The notes under the pieces: generated by a model
Databases searched by the model: none
What the model was told of the DNA's origin: nothing
Seen by the model: only the letters and a program-made list of their open reading frames with translations
Shown: positions 26,565 through 37,566 of the stretch, one piece after another
Layout of the letters: the number at the start of each line of letters is the position of its first letter
Position numbering within the stretch: the stretch's first letter is position 1
NCBI GenBank assembly: GCA_037925075.1
Contig: JAXSNR010000001.1
Coordinates: 320,001-384,000, forward strand
From: Aquificaceae bacterium
Lineage (GTDB): Bacteria; Aquificota; Aquificia; Aquificales; Aquificaceae
Direction: 5' to 3'
Length of the DNA stretch: 64,000 nt
Translations under genes and position numbers: made by a program

Positions 26565-28107
26565 ATGTTTGGTGCCACCTTTGGAATAGTAGCTCAGGGG
26601 CTTGAGCTTTTTAGAAAATCTGCGGACATAAGAAACAGAAACATACTAAACGCCAACAACCCCGATTATGCCCAAGAGGATCCAGTAATAAAAGGCTGGA
26701 GGACATAATAAGAAGTCAGAATTTTTACTACATGTCTCTCAGAAACCAAAAGCTCGCTTTAGTCTCTTCTCTTGATACCACCATAAAGGGAAACTCTCAG
26801 GTGGAAGACCTTTTTCAGGAGTTCACTCAGGGGCTGGGTGGTAGTGAATACATAAACCGCTTCTTCAACGCCTACCAAAACCTTATGAAAGAACCTACAA
26901 ACGAGGGAGCAAGAAGTGAGCTTATAAACTCCGCTCAAAGCCTTGTTTCTTATTTGAAAGACAGAAGAAAAGACATGGACAGGACTCTTGCTAGCACAGA
27001 CTACGATATGAGGCAGTATATAAACAAGGTGAACACCCTCGCAAAAAAGATAGCCCAGATGAAATACTCACGGGCTACGCCCAGACTTATGCCCGTGGTA
27101 AAGATTACAAAAACCTGCTGGATGAGAGGGACAGCTACCTAAGGGAGCTATCCGAACTCATCAACATAAACCTTCAAGAGGATGAAATGGGAAGGGTGAG
27201 GGTAGAAACCAGTCATGGGTTTGTGCTTGTGGAAGACCGCTACAGCTGGGAGCTAAAGTACGACGCCGGAAACAGAAGGGTTTTGTGGAAGTCAAAGGAT
27301 GGTTCAGAGGTAGACATAAGCGGTCTTATAAGCGGTGGTAAGATAAGGGGTCTTTTAGACTTTCAGCAAGACCTTTTGGGTTACATAAACCAGCTTGAAG
27401 GGCTTTCCAGAAGATTGATAAGCGAAGTAAAACTACCCCTGAATGCACAAGCAACCCAGAATTGGTTCTGGCTTAAAAATATTAGCGACCCAAACGCAGA
27501 CCTTGGCTTTTCCGGAAGCATAACCTTTAACTTCCCCGGTGGTCCTGTAGTCCTTAACTATTCATCCACAGATAGCCTTAACGACATAATAAACACCATC
27601 AACACAGACCCAACCCTGAGCACTTATTTTTCCGCAAGCCTTTTGCAAAATCCTGATAGCACCTACACGATGCAGATAACCGCCAACGACCCATCTTACA
27701 CTGTGCAAGACAGCAACAACCTTATACACAGGTCTGAACCTCTTTTTACTGGGACAGGTATTGGAGACATGGCTCTAAATTCAAACATTAACAACCACAT
27801 ACAGAACCTTGACTACGAAAAGGTGGATGAGTTTATGGATTTCTCAAGAGGCTGGTGGGAAATTGTAAAAGCTATATACAATCAGCTGGTAGATAGCGTA
27901 GCCTCAAGGCAAAGGGACCTAAGGACAAAGCACGAAATAGAAAACGCCCTTCTCAACTCTCTTAACGCAAGGCTTCAGGAGATGCAGGGAGTTTCTGTGG
28001 ATAATGAATTTATTGAGCTTATGAAGCTTCAAAGAAGCTACGAGGCCTTGGCAAGAACCATAAACGCCATGGACGAGATGCTTCAAGCTACACTTAATAT
28101 GGTGTGA
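26565..28107 (+). pseudogene. flgK: Flagellar hook-associated protein FlgK, broken by two frameshifts
   Basis: MFGATF...NILNANNPDYA stops at 26708. The second piece shifts frame near 27058. The third piece carries LLDERD and the C-terminal GVSVDNEFIELMKLQRSYEA. Confidence 0.85.
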
Positions 28108-28118
28108 GGTAAAAGGCC

Positions 28119-29291
28119 ATGAAAGTACCCGATAATTTGCTCTTTTCTCTCTTTCAGGAACAGGATGCGAGGATAAGAAGACAACTGTCTGAAAAATCTT
28201 TGGAGATCTCCACCGGTAGGAAGTACCATAGCATATCCGATGAACCCTCCGCCACCTACAATGTGCTTGAACTCAAAAAGGACATAGCCCAACTTTCCCA
28301 GTATTCAAAAAACAGGCTTTTTGCGGATACATCTTTGAGCTACATAGATTTCAATCTCGGGAAAATTGTGGACAGCCTTAACATGCTTTATGCCAAGACC
28401 ATACAGGCCAAAAATCAGGTGCTTCAATCAGACCAGCTTATGGCAATAGGTGAGCTCTTCTCTTCAAGCCTAAGGGCTCTTCTTGATAGGGTTAACGACC
28501 AGCTTGGTGGCAACTACATCTTTGGAGGTGCAAGCCTTACACAAAAGCCCTTTGATGAAAGTACCCTTGATTACAGGGCTTCCGCAGAAGGTTTTAAGGT
28601 ATGGCTTTCGGACAACTACAAGGTGGACGCCTTTTTAAATGGAGCGGAGGCCTTTGGTCTTAATGTGGCCATATCAAGGGCTAGCTTTTCAAGCCCTGCT
28701 ACCAACTTCAATGTTTCGGGCACTTTGAACATAAACGTGGGTACTACCACCATAACCGTAAACTACACCGCAACGCAAACTCTCAGCGACCTTGTAGATT
28801 TTATAAACGCTAACTATTCAAGCATACTTAGGGCAAAGGTCAGCCAAAACCCTAATGGAACATACTCACTTATGCTCATGCCTGTAGATATAAGCAAGGA
28901 TATCTCTGTTTTTGATACAAGCGGTGGAGACTTTGACGTGGGGGTGGTAGACTTTTACTCTCCAAATATACTACAAGCGGTAAAAAGAGTAGGAGATAAA
29001 CTATCTTCCGCCCTTTATCCTGATGACTCTGACCTTATGCTTTTACAAAGAGCCTTTGACAGGGTTTCTTTCAGGAGGTCTAAGGTAGGAAGCGTGCTTT
29101 CACAGGTCAAAAACCTCCAGCCAGTGCAGGAAAACCTTGGAGATAATCTGAACAAACAGAAATCCGACATAGAGGATGCTGACCTCTCTCAAAGCATAAT
29201 GGACTATACCCGCTACAAGCTTGCCTACGAAGCCCTGATGCGTATAATAGCAGACCAAAAGGATATGAGCATACTTAGGTATCTAAGGTAA
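28119..29291 (+). CDS. flgL: Flagellar hook-associated protein 3 FlgL
   Basis: ISTGRK...SDEP, GNYIFGG and SDIEDAD motifs; follows flgK. Confidence 0.88.
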   Translation: MKVPDNLLFSLFQEQDARIRRQLSEKSLEISTGRKYHSISDEPSATYNVLELKKDIAQLSQYSKNRLFADTSLSYIDFNLGKIVDSLNMLYAKTIQAKNQVLQSDQLMAIGELFSSSLRALLDRVNDQLGGNYIFGGASLTQKPFDESTLDYRASAEGFKVWLSDNYKVDAFLNGAEAFGLNVAISRASFSSPATNFNVSGTLNINVGTTTITVNYTATQTLSDLVDFINANYSSILRAKVSQNPNGTYSLMLMPVDISKDISVFDTSGGDFDVGVVDFYSPNILQAVKRVGDKLSSALYPDDSDLMLLQRAFDRVSFRRSKVGSVLSQVKNLQPVQENLGDNLNKQKSDIEDADLSQSIMDYTRYKLAYEALMRIIADQKDMSILRYLR

Positions 29292-29690
29292 AAAAATCCA
29301 TTTCCGGCTCCTTGGAGCCCTTCTTTGGGAAATTTATTAAAAAGCCCTCATTGAGGTCCTTAACTCCGCATATGAAGAGTGCCTTATGGATGCAAGGTAT
29401 GCCCTTAGTTGAACTACATGGCTATCGTTTAGCTTTTCTACAGCCTTTAACTCTATTATCAAAGGTTTTTCAATACATAACCCTTGGACGGTGCAGGGTC
29501 TTATTATGAAATCTGGTCTGCTCAATCCGATGGGTGTACCCTTATAGAAGATTTCTATGCTTACCTCCCTCTGAAAACGAAAGCCTCTTTGTCTAAGCTC
29601 ATAAGCTAAAGCACTCTGATATACGCTTTCATCAAAGCCTGAACCCAGATGCGTATAAACCTCCTTGTGCCAGCAATCTCTAAAAACCTT
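29277..29690 (-). pseudogene. GxxExxY (PD-(D/E)XK) family protein, frameshifted, 5' start unclear
   Basis: LGSGFDESVY, RPDFII and IIELKAV motifs. The conserved GFLINF tail lies in another frame after about 29358. Confidence 0.75.
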
Positions 29691-29700
29691 ACATAAAAAA

Positions 29701-29730
29701 CTTGACAAAGCTTTGCTAAAGTTTTATATT
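29701..29730 (+). promoter_or_regulatory. dnaK promoter with HAIR-like operator
   Basis: TTGACA-17-TATATT promoter; CTTGACA-N7-GCTAAAG at 29701-29721. Confidence 0.65.
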
Positions 29731-29761
29731 AGATACCATACTCTGGAAAAGGAGGTGTCTT

Positions 29762-31627
29762 ATGGCGGAGAAGATAATAGGTATAGACCTTGGAACTACC
29801 AACTCTGTGGTAGCTGTTATCATAGGTGATGAGCCGGTAGTTATTGCCAATCAGGAGGGTTCAAGGCTCACACCTTCTGTGGTCTCATGGACAAAGGAAA
29901 GGGAGGTGCTAGTAGGTGAGCCAGCGAAAAGGCGTGCCATCCTTGACCCTGAAAACACGGTTTATGAGTCCAAGAGGTTTATAGGTAGAAAGTATGAGGA
30001 GGTGATTGAGGAAGCAAAGAGGGTTTCCTACAAGGTGGTTCCAGATGAAAAGGGGGATGCCAGCTTTGAAATACCTAACATAGGAAGGGCGGTGCGACCA
30101 GAAGAGGTGGGTGCTCAAGTTCTTAAAAAGCTAAAGGAAGCTGCGGAAGCATACCTTGGAGAAAAGATAACAAAAGCTGTTATAACTGTGCCCGCCTACT
30201 TTAACGAAAGGCAAAGGCAAGCTACAAAGGATGCGGGAAAGATTGCAGGGCTTGAGGTCTTGAGGATTCTCAACGAACCAACAGCGGCGGCATTGGCTTA
30301 CGGTCTTGACAAAAAGAGCGATGTAAAGATTCTGGTTTATGACTTTGGTGGTGGTACCTTTGACGTTTCTATCCTTGAAGGTGGAGAAGGTGTTATTGAA
30401 GTAAAGGCTACCGCGGGAGATACACATCTTGGGGGAGCAAACATAGACGAGAGAATAATGGAATGGCTAATAGAGGAGTTTAAAAGGGAAACGGGTGTAG
30501 ACCTAAAGAGGGACAGAACCGCCCTTCAAAGACTAAAAGAAGCCAGTGAACAGGCAAAGAAGGAGCTATCCTTCAAGCTTGAGACCGAGATAAACCTACC
30601 CTTTATCACCATAGACCCTTCCACCAATCAGCCCCTTCACCTTCAGAAAAAGCTCACAAGGGCAAGGCTTGAGGAGATGATAAAGGACCTCGTGGACAGG
30701 ACTATGGAGATAGTAAAAAGAGCCCTTGAGGATGCCAAGCTCAGACCTCAGGACATTGACGAGGTGGTGCTTGTGGGAGGCTCCACAAGGATTCCCTTAG
30801 TCCAGCAAAGAATAAAAGACTTCTTCGGAAAAGAGCCTCACAAGGGTGTAAACCCCGACGAGGTAGTGGCTGTGGGTGCTGCCATACAGGCTGGTGTGCT
30901 TTCTGGAGAGGTAAAGGAAATACTCCTTGTGGATGTGACACCCCTATCCCTTGGCGTGGAAACTTACGGTGGTGTTATGACAGTTCTTATTCCAAGGAAC
31001 ACACCCATACCTTACAGAAAGTGTGAAACCTTTACCACCGCAAGCGACTATCAGACAGAGGTAGAAATCCACGTGCTTCAGGGCGAGCGTCCCATGGCAA
31101 AGGACAACAAATCCCTTGGAAGATTCTACCTTACAGGCATACCACCCGCACCAAGGGGTGTTCCCAAGATAGAAGTATGCTTTGACATAGATGTGGATGG
31201 AATACTGCACGTGACCGCAAAGGACTTAGGCACTGGCAAAGAGCAATCTATAAGGGTTCAGGCATCCTCCGGTCTTACGCAGGAAGAAATAGAAAAGATG
31301 ATAAAAGAAGCTCAGCTTCATGAGGAGGAAGACAAAAAGAAAAGGGAGCTTGTGGAAGCCAAAAACCAACTGGACCAACATGTATACAACCTTGAAAAAG
31401 TACTAAAAGAAAACAGAGAAAAGATACCTGCGGATATCTTATCTGAGGTAGAAAGGGCCATAGAAGAGGCAAAAAGGGTCTTTGCCAGCTCTCAGGATGT
31501 GCAGGAAGTAAGAAAGGCTACTGAGCGTGTGCTTGAGGTAGCTGGAAAAGTAGGAAGCTACCTGTATCAAGGGCAGACAACCCAAAAGGGTGAAGGCGGA
31601 GATGTTATAGAAGGAAAGCCCATGTGA
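29762..31627 (+). CDS. dnaK: Chaperone DnaK
   Basis: [16 protein letters not shown] and DFGGGTFD motifs. Confidence 0.98.
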   Translation: MAEKIIGIDLGTTNSVVAVIIGDEPVVIANQEGSRLTPSVVSWTKEREVLVGEPAKRRAILDPENTVYESKRFIGRKYEEVIEEAKRVSYKVVPDEKGDASFEIPNIGRAVRPEEVGAQVLKKLKEAAEAYLGEKITKAVITVPAYFNERQRQATKDAGKIAGLEVLRILNEPTAAALAYGLDKKSDVKILVYDFGGGTFDVSILEGGEGVIEVKATAGDTHLGGANIDERIMEWLIEEFKRETGVDLKRDRTALQRLKEASEQAKKELSFKLETEINLPFITIDPSTNQPLHLQKKLTRARLEEMIKDLVDRTMEIVKRALEDAKLRPQDIDEVVLVGGSTRIPLVQQRIKDFFGKEPHKGVNPDEVVAVGAAIQAGVLSGEVKEILLVDVTPLSLGVETYGGVMTVLIPRNTPIPYRKCETFTTASDYQTEVEIHVLQGERPMAKDNKSLGRFYLTGIPPAPRGVPKIEVCFDIDVDGILHVTAKDLGTGKEQSIRVQASSGLTQEEIEKMIKEAQLHEEEDKKKRELVEAKNQLDQHVYNLEKVLKENREKIPADILSEVERAIEEAKRVFASSQDVQEVRKATERVLEVAGKVGSYLYQGQTTQKGEGGDVIEGKPM

Positions 31628-31644
31628 TATAATAATGACCGCCT

Positions 31645-33156
31645 ATGGCGGTCGGCTTTACCTTTTTTTTCATCCTATTCCTTTTAGAAATATCCGTAGC
31701 TTATGAACAAAAAATAAGGGAAAATTGGGGAAGGCTTTCAAATCCTCAGAAGGTACATAAGCTTTATAGGCTCCTTGACTTCAAATGCATATGGTACTGT
31801 GAGGGCTTGCCGACCAAAGAACTGTCTGCTTTTCATGATATCCTTAAGGAAGTGGCTTACCATGGACTTGACCCAGATAGCTACAAACCTGCAGAAGGCA
31901 TAGATCCCGAATTGGCTACCACGGATAGCCTAATAAAGCTTGCCTACCATCTGTACTACGGAAGAACAAAACCAGCGGAACTTTACAAGGGATGGAGCCT
32001 TCCATCTAAGCAGGATACAATCCTTCAAACACTGGCTTCTATTATAAAAGAAGGAAGGTTAAAAGACCTTTTCTTAGAACTTGCACCTAAGAGCAAGGAC
32101 TACCATTTTCTTATAGAACAGGCAAAGCTCTACGAAGAGCTGTCCAGTCTTGAATGGAAGCCCATAAAATTGGCAAAGCCTCTGAGTTATGGAGAAAAAA
32201 GCCCCTGCCTTGACGAGATAAGGTTTAGGTTTTTTCTGTTGGGAGACCTAAAAGAATACGGCACTTCGGAAACCTTTGACAGTGCATTGCTTGAAGCGGT
32301 TAAAAGTTTCCAAAGAAGACACGGACTAACGGACACGGGAGTTATAGACAAAAGAACCCTTATGGAGTTAAACCTAAGCCCAAGGGACAGGCTCAGGCAA
32401 ATACACATAAACCTTGAAAAGCACCGGTGGCTACCAGAGGACTTCAAAAGGGCTGTGGTGGTAAATATACCTTCCTTTGAGCTATTTCTGATAGAGGGAG
32501 ACCGCGTAAGACTTCACTCAAAGGTGATAGTGGGTAGGAATTATACACAAGATTTTAGACCCACACCCATCTTATACAGCAGGATAAACAGTATCACAGT
32601 AAACCCCAAGTGGTATGTACCTGTGAGCATATCCGTTAAGGACATACTACCAAAGGTCAAGAAAAACCCAGAGTATCTCACAAGAAAGGGATTTAGGGTC
32701 TTTTATGAAGAAGAAGAGGTAGACCCATTGCAGGTGGATTGGAGTCAGTACAGTGAGAAGAACTTTCCCTTCAGGCTTGTACAGGAACCGGGAGCAAAAA
32801 ATTCTCTTGGCCGCATAAAGTTCAACTTCCCCAACCCTTTTGCGGTATACTTACACGATACTCCCGAAAGGCACCTCTTTAGGCACAATAAGAGGGCCTT
32901 TAGCTCTGGATGTATAAGGATAGAAAAGGCAAGACAGTTGACTCTAATGATACTTGGAGAAGGCTGGAATGAGCGTAGGTTAGAAAATCTTATAAAAAGC
33001 GAGCAAACGCAAACAATAGGGATTGTGCCTATACCCATATACATTCTATACTTTACCACCTTTGAAAGGGATGGCATGCTTCATTTCAGAGAAGACCTCT
33101 ATGGGTATGATACAATTTTGTCTCGTACACTTTTTAAATCTGGAGGCGAAAAATGA
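31645..33156 (+). CDS. Murein L,D-transpeptidase (YcbB/LdtD-like) with peptidoglycan-binding domain
   Basis: AVKSFQRRHGL PG-binding motif; YLHDTP...SSGCIR catalytic motif. Confidence 0.9.
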   Translation: MAVGFTFFFILFLLEISVAYEQKIRENWGRLSNPQKVHKLYRLLDFKCIWYCEGLPTKELSAFHDILKEVAYHGLDPDSYKPAEGIDPELATTDSLIKLAYHLYYGRTKPAELYKGWSLPSKQDTILQTLASIIKEGRLKDLFLELAPKSKDYHFLIEQAKLYEELSSLEWKPIKLAKPLSYGEKSPCLDEIRFRFFLLGDLKEYGTSETFDSALLEAVKSFQRRHGLTDTGVIDKRTLMELNLSPRDRLRQIHINLEKHRWLPEDFKRAVVVNIPSFELFLIEGDRVRLHSKVIVGRNYTQDFRPTPILYSRINSITVNPKWYVPVSISVKDILPKVKKNPEYLTRKGFRVFYEEEEVDPLQVDWSQYSEKNFPFRLVQEPGAKNSLGRIKFNFPNPFAVYLHDTPERHLFRHNKRAFSSGCIRIEKARQLTLMILGEGWNERRLENLIKSEQTQTIGIVPIPIYILYFTTFERDGMLHFREDLYGYDTILSRTLFKSGGEK

Positions 33157-33698
33157 CAAGGAGAGAGCTTTTGAGGTCAATGGGATATATAGGAGGTTTT
33201 CTTTTAACGGGCTCTATTTCCTACGCTTCTGTTTTTAGAATTGGGGGTCTTTCAGAGGGTGCAAGGTACCTTAACCTCTACTCCATAAACACTGGCGAAA
33301 GCCTTAAGGTTGCTTACTGGATAGATGGTGAGTACATAGAAGGCTCTATTAGGGAGATAAACTGGCTTTTAAGGGATTACAGAAGCGGAGAGATTGCTCA
33401 AATAGACATAAAGCTCCTTGACCTTCTTTACCTTATAGCCAAAATATCTGAAGGGAAAAGGATAGAGGTGATATCCGGGTATAGGTCTCCAGCCACAAAT
33501 GCCTACCTTCGTAGGATAAAAAGGGGTGTTGCCAAGGACAGCTACCATACGCACGGAAAAGCGGTAGACATAAGGTTGGAGGGTATGAGCCTAAGCCAGC
33601 TTAGAGACCTTGCCCTTAGCTTGCGAGCTGGTGGTGTAGGATACTATCCAAGGTCTGGCTTTGTACACCTTGATACAGGTCCCTTTAGGTACTGGTAA
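33153..33698 (+). CDS. YcbK/MepK (DUF882, peptidase M15) Tat-exported endopeptidase
   Basis: TRRELL Tat motif; SGYRS, SYH...AVD and FVHLD motifs. Confidence 0.9.
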   Translation: MTRRELLRSMGYIGGFLLTGSISYASVFRIGGLSEGARYLNLYSINTGESLKVAYWIDGEYIEGSIREINWLLRDYRSGEIAQIDIKLLDLLYLIAKISEGKRIEVISGYRSPATNAYLRRIKRGVAKDSYHTHGKAVDIRLEGMSLSQLRDLALSLRAGGVGYYPRSGFVHLDTGPFRYW

Positions 33699-34255
33699 TG
33701 ATAAGAGTCTTTGCGGGTTTTTTTACCACCAAGAAGATACAGGAAGCTGTAGAAAGGATACAATCTAAAAGTGAGAGGTTTATAAGGGGTAAATGGGTTG
33801 AGCCACAGAACTTTCATATGACCTTCCAGTTCATAGGTGAAGTCCCTCAGGAAAGGATAACAGAGCTCCTGAAAAACCTTCAGGAAATAGCCCAAAGTGC
33901 TAAGGCAATAAAGGTAAAATATAAGGGCCTGGGCGTTTTCCCAAGCCTTGATAGAGCTAGAGTGTTGTGGATAGGTGTGTCCGACGGCCACAGACAGCTT
34001 ATAGACTTAGCCAAGAGCATAGTAAGGGCAAACAGGCAAATAGGCATAAGGGACGAAGGCAAACCCTTTTATCCCCATGTAACCATATGCAGGATAAAGG
34101 AGTTTGATAAGAAAGCTCTCAAAGACCTTTTGCATCAGCACGAAAACACTTACTTTGGAGAAGACCTTGTGGATAGGGTCGCTCTTATAAAGAGTTCTCT
34201 AACCTCCGTTGGACCCATATACACTGTCATAGAGGAGTTTTACTTTCATGGGTGA
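33698..34255 (+). CDS. thpR: RNA 2',3'-cyclic phosphodiesterase (2H family)
   Basis: Two HxT motifs (FHMTF, PHVTI). Confidence 0.9.
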   Translation: MIRVFAGFFTTKKIQEAVERIQSKSERFIRGKWVEPQNFHMTFQFIGEVPQERITELLKNLQEIAQSAKAIKVKYKGLGVFPSLDRARVLWIGVSDGHRQLIDLAKSIVRANRQIGIRDEGKPFYPHVTICRIKEFDKKALKDLLHQHENTYFGEDLVDRVALIKSSLTSVGPIYTVIEEFYFHG

Positions 34256-35249
34256 ATGGACTTACGAAAAGGCTGGAGTTAGCATAGAAAGGGCTGATGC
34301 TTTTGTGGAGTACATAAAGGAAAAGGTAAAAAGCTTGCCTCAACAAGCCCTTCTTTTTGGCTCCTTTGCCAGCGGGCTTAGGCTAAAAGGTTATAAAAAC
34401 CCCGTTCTCATGCTCACCACAGATGGCGTGGGCACAAAGCTAAAGATAGCTCAAGCCGTAGGTGTTCACCACACGGTGGGCATAGACCTTGTCGCCATGA
34501 ACGTAAACGACCTTCTAACCACCGGTGCAAAACCTCTTGCCTTTCTGGACTACATAGCGACGGGCAAGATAGACCTTAAGGTTATGAAGGAGCTTATGGA
34601 TGGTATAGTGGAGGGCTGTAAGCTGGCGGAGGTTGCCCTTGTGGGTGGAGAGACCGCAGAGATGCCAGACTTTTACCCTGAAGGCGTTTACGACCTTGCG
34701 GGCTTTTGTCTTGGTGTTTGCGAAGAAGAGGACCTTATAACCGGTAAAGATATAAAAGCGGGAGATATTATAATAGGCTTGCCTTCAAGCGGATTTCATA
34801 GCAACGGATACAGTCTTATAAGAAAGGTGCTTGAACATAAGGGAATAAGCTACGAAGATAGCTTTGAAGGTAAAAAGGTTTGGGAGGTGCTTTTGGAACC
34901 CACAAAAATATACATAGGGGACGTGCGTGCTCTTATGTCCTCTGGTGTAAGGATAAAGGGAATGGCTCACATAACAGGTGGTGGCATACCGGGGAACCTA
35001 ATAAGAATCCTTCCAGAAGGTTTGAGGGCTGTGGTGGAAAGGGAAAGGATACCTAAAAACCCCATTTTTGACTGGATAAGAAGGATGGGCGGAATATCCC
35101 TTGAGGAGATGTTCAAAACCTTTAACATGGGCGTGGGGTTTATGGTAGTAATTGGTGAAGAGGATAAGCATAAGGCTTTGGAGGCTGTTCCTTCTTCCTT
35201 TGTCTGTGGCTTTGTTGAGGAGGGTAAAAGGGATGTGGTTATTGTTTAA
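34248..35249 (+). CDS. purM: Phosphoribosylformylglycinamidine cyclo-ligase
   Basis: DGVGTK, GGETAEMP and HSNGYSL motifs. Confidence 0.96.
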   Translation: MGEWTYEKAGVSIERADAFVEYIKEKVKSLPQQALLFGSFASGLRLKGYKNPVLMLTTDGVGTKLKIAQAVGVHHTVGIDLVAMNVNDLLTTGAKPLAFLDYIATGKIDLKVMKELMDGIVEGCKLAEVALVGGETAEMPDFYPEGVYDLAGFCLGVCEEEDLITGKDIKAGDIIIGLPSSGFHSNGYSLIRKVLEHKGISYEDSFEGKKVWEVLLEPTKIYIGDVRALMSSGVRIKGMAHITGGGIPGNLIRILPEGLRAVVERERIPKNPIFDWIRRMGGISLEEMFKTFNMGVGFMVVIGEEDKHKALEAVPSSFVCGFVEEGKRDVVIV

Positions 35250-37566
35250 AGTACTTCTATCTATCTGGGCTTTGGTGGGTTTCTCCTTTGCTCAGCTTGT
35301 GAGAGAGGTAAGAGTTGAAGGGGCACAGTATGTACCAGAGGATGTGATCATAGGGCTTATAAACATAAAACAGGGTAGTCTTTACAGCTCAGATATGGTA
35401 AGGGAAAGCATAAGGCGTATGTACAGGACTGGTTTTTTTGATGAGGTGGAGGTTTATAGGGAAATGGTAGGTAATGATGTGGTGCTTATCTACAAGGTAA
35501 AAGACTTACCGGTTATATACAAAATAGAGTTTGTGGGAAACAAAAAGATAAAATCCGATGATTTGGAGAAGAAAATAGGGATAGAAACGGAGATAGGCAA
35601 GATAGACCCAGAGGAGCTCATGAAAGGGTTTACCTCCTCACCCGCCATAGAAGAAAGGTTAGAAATTCAAAGGAAGCTAAGGCTTGGAAGGGTGCTTACA
35701 CGCGAAGAGCTTGAGTTTATAAAAAGGAAGATAGTAGAGGCTTACGCAAAAGAAGGATATCCCAATGTAAAGGTAGATTACGAGCTTGTGCCAAAGAAGG
35801 GTGCTTCAAAGGTGGTGTACAAAATAAATGAAGGTGAGCCAGAGTATGTAAGGAACATAAGCTTTACAGGAAACAAAACCTTTGGCAAAGGTAGATTGTT
35901 GGGGCTTATGGAGACAAAGCCTGTAAGCTTACTGGCTTTTAGGCTAAAGCCACCCTTCAGCGAAGAGGTACTAAAAGAGGACATAAGGAAAATAAAAGAC
36001 TTCTACCGCTCTGAAGGCTTCCTTGAGGCAAAGGTGGATTACTCGGTAAAAAAGGATGGAAACAGGTATGAGATAAACATAAAAATAGAAGAGGGACCCA
36101 GATACAAGATATCTGACCTGAAGATAGAAGGCAACACCCTTTATGCTTACTCCGAGCTGGTGGAGGATGTGCTAAGGAAAAACAGAAGAGGCTACTACAG
36201 GAGAGAGGTTATAGACAAGATAAAGGAGAATATAAGAAGGAAATACTCGGAGATAGGCTTTCTTGGAGTGTTTGTAGAAGAAAAGGAGTCTGTAGACAGA
36301 GAAAACAAGAGGGTAGAGGTAAGTCTAAGGGTTGAGGAAGGTGAGCCTGTGTATGTAAATAGGGTGGAAGTTCAGGGCAACTACGAATCCAGAGACTATG
36401 TGATAAGAAGGGAGCTAAGGCTTCAAGAAGGTGAGCTGGCAAACCAAAGGGAAATAGACAGGTCAAAAACGAGGGTCTTTAACCTTGGATACTATCAAGA
36501 TGTCTCCATAGAACCCTTCCCCTCAGAGGGCAAAAGCTGGGACTTTGTGGCAAGGGTGAGGGAAAGGTTTACAGGACAATTTTCCATAGGTCTTGGCTAC
36601 AATCAGGTGACGGGTGTTTCGGGCTTTATATCCTTGCGTAAGGGTAATTTTCTTGGAACTGGAGACATAGCGGGCATATCTTTATCTTACGGAAGCAAAT
36701 ACAAGGACAACTCCCTCTCTTACACAAGAAAATGGTTTCTAAACCAACCTATAGACCTCACCGGCTCTGTGTATGACAGAAGGATAGAATACACCACCTA
36801 CACGGTGGAAAGAACGGGTATAGACCTTGTCTTCTCAAGGGAGTTTGCGGAGTTTTGGAAGGCAAGTGCAGGAGTAAGCCTTCAGAGAGTAAGGTATAAG
36901 GACATATCTCCCGACGCTTCACCTCTCATAAAAGAGGAGGCTGGGACAAGACAGTCAAGAAAGCTCATCTTTGGTCTTACAAGAGACACAAGGGACAACT
37001 ATCTGTTTCCATCAAGCGGTTCTCTTACAGAATTGGGCTACTCAGTGGCTGTGCCCGTGCTTGGAGGAAACGAGAAGTTCAACAGAATAACCCTTTCCCA
37101 TCAGCAGTTTTTCAAGGACAGGTGGCTCGATACTGGTCTTATTTTCTCCTTCAAGGGCCTTTTGGGATTGGTTGAGCCCTACGGCGGAAAAAGAGTTCCT
37201 CTTGATGAGAGGTTCTTTGTAGGAGGTGACTTTACCATAAGAGGCTACAAGTACGGCTATGCGGGACCCATTGACCCAAACACAAAAGACCCAATAGGCT
37301 CCAAAAAACAGCTGATACTATCCGCAGAAGCAAACTATCCCCTTTATAAGAACATACTGTACGGTGCGGTTTTTTACGATACGGGTCTTGGCTTTGATGA
37401 CTGGAATCAGTTAAAGCCGCAAAATCTAAGAGGGGGCTATGGTGTAGGCATAAGGTTTATAACACCTTTTGCACCTATAAAGTTAGACTGGGCGGTTAAA
37501 ACGAAAAAAGTACCGGGCGATACTTCAAAGAGCAGGATACATTTTGTTCTTGGAGTGTTCTTCTGA
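35233..37566 (+). CDS. bamA: Outer membrane protein assembly factor BamA
   Basis: POTRA repeats, IRGY motif, C-terminal Phe; start trimmed to ATG 35233. Confidence 0.93.
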   Translation: MWLLFKVLLSIWALVGFSFAQLVREVRVEGAQYVPEDVIIGLINIKQGSLYSSDMVRESIRRMYRTGFFDEVEVYREMVGNDVVLIYKVKDLPVIYKIEFVGNKKIKSDDLEKKIGIETEIGKIDPEELMKGFTSSPAIEERLEIQRKLRLGRVLTREELEFIKRKIVEAYAKEGYPNVKVDYELVPKKGASKVVYKINEGEPEYVRNISFTGNKTFGKGRLLGLMETKPVSLLAFRLKPPFSEEVLKEDIRKIKDFYRSEGFLEAKVDYSVKKDGNRYEINIKIEEGPRYKISDLKIEGNTLYAYSELVEDVLRKNRRGYYRREVIDKIKENIRRKYSEIGFLGVFVEEKESVDRENKRVEVSLRVEEGEPVYVNRVEVQGNYESRDYVIRRELRLQEGELANQREIDRSKTRVFNLGYYQDVSIEPFPSEGKSWDFVARVRERFTGQFSIGLGYNQVTGVSGFISLRKGNFLGTGDIAGISLSYGSKYKDNSLSYTRKWFLNQPIDLTGSVYDRRIEYTTYTVERTGIDLVFSREFAEFWKASAGVSLQRVRYKDISPDASPLIKEEAGTRQSRKLIFGLTRDTRDNYLFPSSGSLTELGYSVAVPVLGGNEKFNRITLSHQQFFKDRWLDTGLIFSFKGLLGLVEPYGGKRVPLDERFFVGGDFTIRGYKYGYAGPIDPNTKDPIGSKKQLILSAEANYPLYKNILYGAVFYDTGLGFDDWNQLKPQNLRGGYGVGIRFITPFAPIKLDWAVKTKKVPGDTSKSRIHFVLGVFF

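Noticed and set aside
27043..27049. A-AAA-AAG slippery heptamer as programmed -1 frameshift rescue of flgK
   Set aside because: The zero-frame KIAQ after it fits the FlgK pattern, and the upstream break at about 26692 would remain; a small deletion is simpler.
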